From Azolla caroliniana (taxonomy: Eukaryota; Plantae; Polypodiophyta), in contig JBHGNT010000353.1 of the NCBI GenBank assembly GCA_043228905.1, positions 1 to 32,239 on the forward strand: a stretch of 32,239 nucleotides of DNA. Reading direction: 5' to 3'. The translations under genes were made by a program, and so were the position numbers. The notes under the pieces are model-generated. The model was given only the letters and a program-made list of their open reading frames with translations, did no database searches and had not been told where the DNA came from. Shown in pieces: positions 23,901 through 32,239 of the stretch; the stretch's first letter is position 1; each line of letters opens with the position of its first letter.

Positions 23901-24942
23901 GCAGGCCGATCACTGCGTGTTTGTGAAGAAGTTCGAAGGAGGCGACTTCCTGATACTCCTTCTGTACGTGGACGACACGTTGATCGTCGGACGAGACCAA
24001 GTCAAAATATAGATGTTGAAGAAGGCTCTCAACCGGACCTTCTCAATGAAAGACTTGGGTCCAGCAAGACAGATGCTGGGGATGCACATCATTCGGGACC
24101 GGTCAGCGAAGAAATTATGGCTATCACAGGAGATGTACGTGACAAAGGTGCTTCACCGGTTCAACATGTCAGATGCGAAACCGGTCGGATTGACACTTCC
24201 GGCAAACTGCAAGCTATCCGGTAAGCAAAGCTTGAAGACGAAAGCAGAGAAGGCGGATATGATGAAGATTCCATATGCCTCTGCTGTCGGGAGCTTGATG
24301 TACGCAATGGTTTGTACCCGACCGGATATAGGATACGCAGTCGGAGTGGTGAGCCGGTTTATGAGCAATCTCGGCAAGGAGCACTAGAACGCGGTCAAAT
24401 GGATACTCCGGTATTTGAAGGGCACTTCAAATATGTGTCTCCGATTCGGCTTCGGAAAACCTCAACTTGTCGATTTCACCGATTCGGACATGTCGGCTGA
24501 TGTGGATACCAGCCGGTCTACATCCGGGTATGTAATGACATATGCAGGGGGAGTTGTTTCGTGGCAGTCGAGGCTGCAGAAGACGGTTGCATTGTCAACC
24601 ACGGAAGCGGAGTACATGGCGGCTATGGAAGCCGGCAAGGAAATATTATGGATGAAGGACTTCATCGGAGAGCTCAGTATCCGGCAAGAGGAATACCGAC
24701 TCTATTGCGACAGTAAAAGTGTCATCCACCTTGCTAAGAATGCGGCCTACCATTCCCGGACGAAGCATATCCAGTGGAGGTATCACTGGATCCGGGAAAG
24801 AGTAGATGACCAGGAGTTCGCACTGACGAAGATCCACACGGCCGAGAACGGGTCAGATATGCTTACCAAAGTGCTGACACCCGACAAGCTGGATGCATGC
24901 CGGAAGAGGATCGGACTGGGAAGACACCCCATGTCGGAGTGA
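20910..24942 (+). pseudogene. Copia gag-pol polyprotein
   Basis: CFYCGKPRHFQKNC, WVVDSGAS, LWHKRLCH, ELVHTDVC, ADNGGEY, YKARIVVKG, LYVDD, SRSTSGY, HSRTKHI. Stops at 22509, 24010 and 24385; frameshift at the G10 run 23379-23388; 15-bp deletion near 23860. Confidence 0.96.
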
Positions 24943-24952
24943 AGGGGGAGTT

Positions 24953-25672
24953 TGTTGGGCGACAGGTCCCTCCGAATGGGAAGGGAGAAGAAACCGTATG
25001 AGGAGGACCCGACTACGGAGAGCCGGATGGTGCAGACCCGGTATGAACCGGATGAGGAGTACCCGGCTACGGAGAGCCAGATGGTGCAGACCTGGTATGA
25101 ACCGGATGAGGAGTACCCGGCTACGGAGAGCCGGATGGTGCAGACCCGGTATGAACCGGATGAGGATTACCCAGTTATGGAGAGCCGGATGGTACAGACC
25201 CGGTGAGAACCGGATGAAGAGACATATTCGTAAATATGTTTCTGAGAGTCCATCGAGGCTATATTTGTAAATGGCTGAAAAGTCATATTAGTATAAATAT
25301 GACTTAGGGCAAACTTTTAGTAACTATTGTTGTTATTATTTCTTGTTTGCGTGAGATCAGAGCGCGTAATAGTGTACAGAGAGAGAGAGAGAGAGAAAGA
25401 GGTTGTTGCCTCTGTTGTAACCGCCGCCTGTGGTGAAGATCGTGAGCACGAGGTCGTTGCCTCCATGAACTCACTGTTTGTACATTCCAACATAGTGATA
25501 GTTTGCAGCCTGTGGGCTGCCGTGGTTTTTCCCTTAGTTTGGGTTTTCCACGTAAACATCTTGGCTACCTTTTCTCTCCTTTGTGTCGTGCATTTGTTTC
25601 CCGTTTTCTGTGTATGATTCTAAGCTCGGTTGTGGCCGAGCGGTGCGCATAAGGAACGTACAGTTCTCGTCA
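24953..25672 (+). repeat. 3' LTR (720 bp) with 4 x 54-bp units
   Basis: Follows the PPT; TG...CA termini. Confidence 0.96.
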
Positions 25673-25877
25673 TACCATTCCCGGACGAAGCATATCCAGC
25701 GAAGGTATCACTGGATCCGGGAAAGAGTAGATGACCAAGAGTTCGCGCTGACGAAGATCCACACAGCCGAGAACGGGTCAGATATGTTGACCAAAGTACT
25801 GATACCCGACAAGCTGGATGCATGCTGGAAGCGAATCGGACTAGTAAGACATCCCATGCCGGAGTGAAGGGGGAGTT

Positions 25878-26221
25878 TGTTAGGAAACAGGTCCCTCCGG
25901 ATGGGAAGTGAGAAGAACAGTGCTCATGAGAAACTCGGCCGAGGCCGAAACCGGATGAGGAATACCCAGCAACGGAAGACCCGGTGAGAACTGGATGACG
26001 AGTACCCATCTACGGAGAGCCGGATGTTGCAGACCCAGTGAGGAGTGCTGACCGGATGAAGAGACATATTCGTAAATATGTTTCTGAGAGTCCATCGTGG
26101 CTATATTTGTAAATAGCCAAAAAGTCATATTAGTATAAATATGACTTAGGGCAAACTTTTTGTAAGATGGTGCGAGATAGTTGTCATTCTTGTTGGCGCA
26201 AGATTAGAGCGTGCAACTGTG

Positions 26222-26265
<44 letters not shown>

Positions 26266-26539
26266 CGAAGAGTTTGTATCTCTGTTGTAACCGCCGCCTG
26301 TGGCGACGATAGCAAGCTCGAGGTCGTTGCCTCGGTGCTCCACTATTGTACATTCTGATATAGTGATAGTTTGCAGTGTGTGGGCTGCCGTGGTTTTTCC
26401 CTAGTTTGGGTTTTCCACGCTAACATCCTGGAGTACTCCTCTCTCCTTTGTGTCGTGCTTTCATTTCCCGTATTCTGTGTATGATTCTAAGCTCGGTTGT
26501 GGCCGAGTGTTGCGCATAGGGAGCGTGTAGTTCCTGTCA
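25878..26539 (+). repeat. 3' LTR of the older Copia (662 bp; ~2 degenerate units; (AG)17)
   Basis: Follows PPT GAAGGGGGAG; homologous to the other three LTRs. Confidence 0.93.
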
Positions 26540-28823
26540 CTTTTTCTATTTCTATGAGAAGCATGAAGGGGCGATTGAAGCTCACAGGATAGCCTAGAAA
26601 CTCCACTCATGGATGTGGACCACTATTCCATCATTGGAAATGACTGGATGTCTAAATGGTGAGTGCTCCTCACTCACGACCTGTTGTACAAAGCACCAGG
26701 AACAACTGGCAATCTCCCACCCCATTCCATGAGTATAAAGATTATAACATGGAACGTGCAAGGACTCAGAACTAGACTAGACCATCAAAATAGATGGAGA
26801 CTAAGAAGGGATCTTGAAGAATATTTACTAGGGAGTGGTGCTGACATCATCATGTTGCAGGAACATCACCTCGATAGCACACAGTTAAAGGAAGTCGAAG
26901 ACCTTATACCAAGATCATGGCGAACAATTTGGGAGCCAACAATTGGGGAGGATAGAAATCATGGTGGTATTTGCACTTTGATTCGGGAACATCTAGCCCA
27001 AGGCTTAATACACCAAGAATCACTTATACCTGGTAGGGCACATTTTTGCACATTGGCCATCCAAGGGCAACGATGGAACTTCATGAATGTTTATGCTCCA
27101 AATAGCAGAACAGAAAGGGCAACTTTCTAGGACCGCATCCGCCTACAAGTAGCGGGTGCGGACGCGTGGTGCATTGGAGGGGATTTTAATATGATCGAAT
27201 CCATTCATGATAGCTCCAACAACAACCCCATAGTTTTACAAGGAAGGGAATGTAAAAAATGGGAGAAGTTATGTGTCCACCTTAACCTGCGAGACATCTG
27301 GCATTCTGCCAACTTCCAACGGAAAAGGGATTCTCTCTTATTCTCCAGATCAGACGGGCGGAATAGTGGACCCACCCTATCTTGCATTGACCGCATTTAT
27401 GTGGAGGAGGATCTAGAAGCGAAGGGAGGGTGGTGTCGCATAACTCCAGGCACGACTTTCTTTGACCATTACTTGGTAGCTGGTCATTTTCAATTGCACC
27501 GAAAATGGGGCCCATTCCAGACTCGCATCCCACACACTATTTACACACATATAGACGTGAAGGACCAACTATCCAACCAATGGTCATTACCTGTCAATGG
27601 CTCATCAGCATCGGACAAACTTTTAGCTAAATTAACAAGAGCTTCTACTCTCCTACATGAGATTGTCAAGACTAGAAGCAAGGATGCTTAGGAGAAGCGA
27701 CAGAGGACAAAACGGGGACTAATAGCCTTACAACGACTCCAACAAAGATACCCGTCTGTATTTGGATCACAGGACAAGTCGTCGCGGCCAAACATGAACT
27801 TAGCATGGCGGAAAAGGAAATATATGACATGGAGTTTCATGGAAGCATGGCGTGATGGATTCAAGTAGGGGACAAAACCACAAAGGAATTCTTCCGCTCC
27901 AAAGGCCCGAGGCACGCTAGAACTGTGATGCACAACCTCAACCGAGATGATGGAATGATCATTGAGGATGGCGAAGAAATGAGGAATATTTCCACAAGTT
28001 ATTATAGCCGCCTACTTACCGAAGACATTATAGCTACAGGGGAAGACATAAGAGAAGATATTATCCTCCAAAGCATACCCGAGAAAGTCACGCCGGAAAT
28101 GAATACATGGCTCGTGCGTCCCCTGTCAATCATCGAGATATGGGAGACCCTCACTGATTTAGATGTCGATCGTTGCCCCGGAATCGACGGTCTCACCCTG
28201 CACTTTTTCACATGCCTTTGGGGCACTATTAAAGAAGACCTCCTCCAGGCATATGAGGAGATCATCACCTCTAGAAGCATGCTAGAGGAATTTGGACAGG
28301 GGATGATACATCTCATTCCTAAAAGTGGTGGGAATGCCAACAACATTAGCAAGTGGCAGCCCATAACTCTTCTCAATACTGTCTATAAGTTGCTCGCAAA
28401 AATCGTGGCACACCGTTTAACACCACTTCTCCCTCAACTCATTCATCCATCCCAGACAAGTTTCGTTAGAAATCAGAGCATCCTAGACAACCTCTTCTCA
28501 TTCTGGGAAGCAGTAGCCCTTGCCAAGCGTACCAACAACAAGGTAGCGGTGGTGGCACTAGATTTTGAGAAAGCATATGATAAGGTATGTTAGAACTTTC
28601 TAGAATGCGTGATGAGGAAACTCGACTTTCAAGAGACATGGATCAAAGGCATTGCAGGACTTTATAGGAATGGCAGCAGTTGCGTTTCGCTGGCAGGTAA
28701 AGGGGCCCCTTTTTCCGAATATCCTGATCTGTACGGCAAGGATGCCCACTAGCTCCATCCTTATTTCTATTATACGTCGAAGCACTCTCTTGCTTTCTCA
28801 ACTCCCGGCATCTCAACCTACGT

Positions 28824-30284
28824 TGTCGTGTGGTTTTTCACACACGATATGAAAACTAGTAAAATAATTATTTATGATTTTCTTTATATATGGATATGGA
28901 AAGATAGATGTGTTCAAGAGCTTCATAGCGTATTTTACTACGCATAAAACGGATAAACAAGTATCAAGTTATGTGAGTGTGAAGTTTGAAGAAAAGAAAA
29001 GAAAAGACAAAACTGTGAGATATCCCACATAGATAGGACAACATTGGAACCCAAAATATATAAGGGAAACCTAAACATATTTATTCTATCAATGTGTGGA
29101 GCATAGAATGTTCAAGGTGACTTGGGCTACACTATGTGGTGTGCATGCTCCGGGCATATGTGTGTGTGCATGGTTGCGTGGATGTTTTTCGACGTACATG
29201 TGCATGGATGTTTGGATGTATGCGTGTGTGCAAGTTTCGGGCATACGTGTGGACGCTTTTGGACGGACGCGTGTGTGCGCACGCGCGCATGCGTGGATGC
29301 GTACACTACGGCGCGGTCGAGACTTTTGCGCGTGGATGCGTACACGGTGCGGGTTGGACGCGCGCACGCGTGGATGCGTACACTACGACACGGTCGGGAT
29401 GCGCGCATGCGCGGATGTGTACACTACTATGCGGTCGGGGCGCATGCGTGGATGCGTACACTACGGCGCGGTTGAGACTTTTGCGCGTGGATGCGTACAC
29501 AGTGCGGGTTGGATGCGCGCGCGCGTGGATGCATACACTATGACGCAGTTGGGATGCACGCATGCGTGGATGCGTACACTACTATGCGGTCGGGACTTTT
29601 GCGCGCAGACACGTCTACGGTTTGGTTGCAACGCACGTACGAATTGCGCACGGGCTAAACTTTATGGATGATTGTGTCATTTGGCCGAATTATACGGACA
29701 ATCGCATGCAACCAAAAGCCAAGGCCATGCAACTAAAAGTAAAAGGCATGCATCAAAAAATGGAAGCATGCAACTAAAAGCAGAGGCCATGCAACTAAAA
29801 ATAGAGGCCATCCAACTAAAAGTGGGCATGCAAAGTAACATTGGGGAGGAGGATCAACGAGGAGCTCAATATATGTCCCATTTTTTCCCTCCTAGGTTTT
29901 TTTTTTTTTTTTCCCTTCTTTCTTCTTCCCTCTCGGATTCGAGAAAGAAATGATCTCACATATTGATATCAAACTCCTAGCTTTGTTTACTCGTTCTTTC
30001 TGGTCAAAAATTATCTCTCGTATTCATATCAGACCACTCCTTGCATGGTTGTTGGCTCCTTTCTTTGAAAAATTAATCTCTCATTTCCATACCCAACCCA
30101 TTGTAACACGATTCTGAAATTATAAAGAATCGATTTTCTTTTGCAATAAACTAATGATTTGTCTCTCCCACTTGTCTTATGCTTAAAACTTGCTTTTGTT
30201 GTACATGTTGCTCTAAATCCTTCTAGTCCAGAACCCCGCCGGTTCCGTCTCACGATCCGCACATAGTGACGGATTTTCACGACA
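28824..30284 (-). mobile_element. Probable Gypsy solo LTR (1461 bp) inserted in the LINE RT
   Basis: TGTCGTG...CACGACA termini; 4-bp TSD ACGT (28820-28823 and 30285-30288); removal restores N-L-R-G-L-P. The minus-strand start TGTCGTGAAAATCCGTCAC resembles the Gypsy-1 and Gypsy-2 LTR starts. Confidence 0.85.
29140..29835. repeat. Two degenerate tandem arrays inside the solo LTR
   Basis: GCGTGGATGCGTACAC-core units of ~36-41 bp (~29140-29650) and CATGCAACTAAAAG-core units of ~21 bp (~29700-29835). Confidence 0.85.
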
Positions 30285-32239
30285 ACGTGGTCTTCCCGTA
30301 CCTCATTCTCACCAAAGCATCCTGGATATAGAATTTGCAGATGACACAACAATCTACCTACAGAGGACTTGGAAAACCTCCAAAAGCTAAAAAGTGGGCT
30401 AGTTACATTTTGCAAGAGATCCAACACCATGATCAATTGGCACAAATCCTGCGCAATATGGCTTCTCAGGAAACCCATTCTGTGTGGCACCCACATCCCC
30501 CTTTCAAATGGATCAACCAAGGAGCGAGCACCAAATATTTGGGTTTCCAAATTGGTTTCAACATACCGTCGGAGACTATGATTGCACCCGTTATCCATTC
30601 CATTTGACAAAAGTTGATACATTGGAGCTCGAAAAAATTGTCGCTAGCGGGTCGCATCATAGTGGCAAATTAGGTACTACTCGCAACAGCATGGTACAGT
30701 TTATCATGCTGGACAATCTTGAAGGAAAGTATACATCAGATTCAATGACTAGTCCGCAACTACATTTGGTCTGGTAAGGAAGACCATGTAGCTCACGCCA
30801 AGGTGGCGTGGCCTATACTCACAACGCCTAAGTCGAGAGGGGGATTGGGTCTTATTGATCCCCTTTCACAATCGAAAGCCTTACTTGCCAAATTTGTGAT
30901 GCGAGGACTCCAACTAGGAAATGACTGTTGGAAAATGCTACTGAGGTTACGTTTCGCTTACTTTAGGCCACAAAAAAGGGTTAATTGCCCCCCCCAAACT
31001 AGATGGATTCTAAACATGGATCTCAATCCTAGTTTCTCCCACCAATTGGAGGATAGATTCAGTGCATCCATGTGGAAGGCATGGTGTGACATTCGTCGAG
31101 GGCTCAAGTGTGATCAACCGAGATCCAAACCTACCTGGCTTAGTCAACGTAACCTATGGAACCCATGTATCAAGGATGAATCTAATCAACTACTGGGATC
31201 ACGTAAGGGGTTGTCATGGGGATACATTGCAGAAGGTCCAGGAAAAAGTATAGAATGTTGGCGATGGTTTATGTCAATGCCACTACAAGATCAGGCGAAG
31301 ATACTCCATGGAATCAAGGGAGGATGGACTATGAGATCGGAAATCATTAATGCTCTACTGATTAGGGAATCTGCTACTCAAAGGATGACAATGGAGAAAT
31401 GGATAGGCCATGAGGAGGAGGGATCTCTGATCTCGAGAGGTAGGGGACCACCAGACAGACTTGAAGGCTCTGAATTGCGAGACTCTGAGACACCAACACA
31501 GAATAACGCTTTTCAACTACTCGTGTATACTGGCCCCCACATAGCCAGTGGAAGGGTGAGGTGCATCCACTCAAATAGCATAGGGAGGTCAAATGAATGC
31601 GGCCACGTCAATCTGCTTCTTTTCTTTTCTTGTTGGGCCGCGTTGCAATTGTCTAGCTTCTGCTACCAACTTCCCCCATCAGGCCATAAATGGACTGTAG
31701 ATCCTAATCTGATCAAAGTACAACCCGATTGGCACATATGTACTCATGAAAACACATGGCTATGTAATGTCAGTTGGGACCCTTTGCAATGGACATGGAG
31801 TGATCCCTACGTGGGGCAAGGAAGCAAACCCATCCCTTTCTTCCAATTCACAACTAGATTGGGTCGCCACATTCTAGCTACTCAAACCACCCGAGAACCG
31901 GCTGTTGCGAAGGTCTGGCACACATTTCAAGTTCCTCCCACAATAATCACCAAGTTTTGGCAGAAAATCTGGAAACAACAACATGCAAGGCAAATTACCA
32001 CGTTCCAATGGCTATTAATACATAAGTCCCTACTGGTGGGATCATGGCAACGTGGGAACCTTAGCTCTCCTAATTGTGTAGAGTGCCCACATGCAGTAGA
32101 ATCAATACGACACGCTCTATGGAACTACCCAACGTCCTATCAAATATGGCGGGGGGTTGGCCGCTTGTTGCAATTATGCCAGGTGCAAGGCTCAATCAAG
32201 TGGGGAAATATATGTTGGCTATCATGGCAAGCCGCAATT

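Larger units (their letters stand above)
20162..25672 (+). mobile_element. Full-length Tork/Tnt1-like Ty1/Copia (5511 bp) nested in the RNase H of a same-family copy
   Basis: LTRs 20162-20879 and 24953-25672; PBS TGGTATCAGAGC 20882-20893; PPT GAAGGGGGAG 24941-24950; TSD TACCA at 20157-20161 and 25673-25677. Confidence 0.97.
19187..26539 (+). mobile_element. Older, 5'-deleted Tork-like Copia: RT-RH 19187-20161 and 25678-25867, PPT, 3' LTR 25878-26539
   Basis: Homologous to 23792-24942; TSD CTTTT at 19182-19186 and 26540-26544. Confidence 0.92.
17150..32239 (+). mobile_element. L1-clade LINE, decayed, interrupted at 19187-26539 and 28824-30284; 5' boundary approximate, 3' end outside the window
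   Basis: ORF1 and ORF2 (APE, RT, zinc finger) rejoin in frame after both insertions and one TSD copy each are removed. Confidence 0.88.
26729..32239 (+). pseudogene. LINE ORF2 (AP endonuclease, RT, zf-RVT), disrupted
   Basis: IITWNVQGL, LQEHH, NVYAP, GGDFN, IDRIY, FDH; CPGIDG, WQPITLLN, LDFEKAYDKV, RQGCPLAP, FADD (~30335); FWQKIWK...CVEC...ESIRHALW (~31955-32125). Confidence 0.93.

Noticed and set aside
19187-26539. Tandem Copia dimer sharing LTRs, or an assembly duplication
   Set aside because: The TACCA TSD and the diverged RT/RH copies show true nesting.
29089-29953. Cys/Arg-rich ORFs
   Set aside because: Translations of degenerate tandem repeats inside an LTR.

Overview
Eukaryotic nuclear DNA, most likely from a seed-free land plant (inferred from the TE protein types and a plastid-derived fragment; the host cannot be proven from this window). 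About 85% is nested, decayed retrotransposons. Left block (1-13121): a tRNA-Trp-primed non-chromovirus Ty3/Gypsy element sits in the gag of a minus-strand Tork/Tnt1-like Copia, which sits in the 5' LTR of a second Copia. That Copia's RT carries a solo LTR and is fused by deletion to the 3' end of another Gypsy, which abuts a nuclear psbA fragment. Middle: an AT-rich island with one apparently intact host gene, a type-1-like nsLTP (15465-15115, minus strand). Right block: an L1-like LINE (~17150 to window end) interrupted by a 5'-deleted Copia that contains a full-length Copia of the same family, and by a 1.46-kb Gypsy-type solo LTR. Best novel candidates: a -1 frameshift cassette (GGATTTT plus a predicted pseudoknot) between gag-protease and RT; CpG-centred 4-bp target sites for the TGTCG...CGACA Gypsy group; and a hairpin that could hide the nsLTP splice donor, which itself contains the stop codon.
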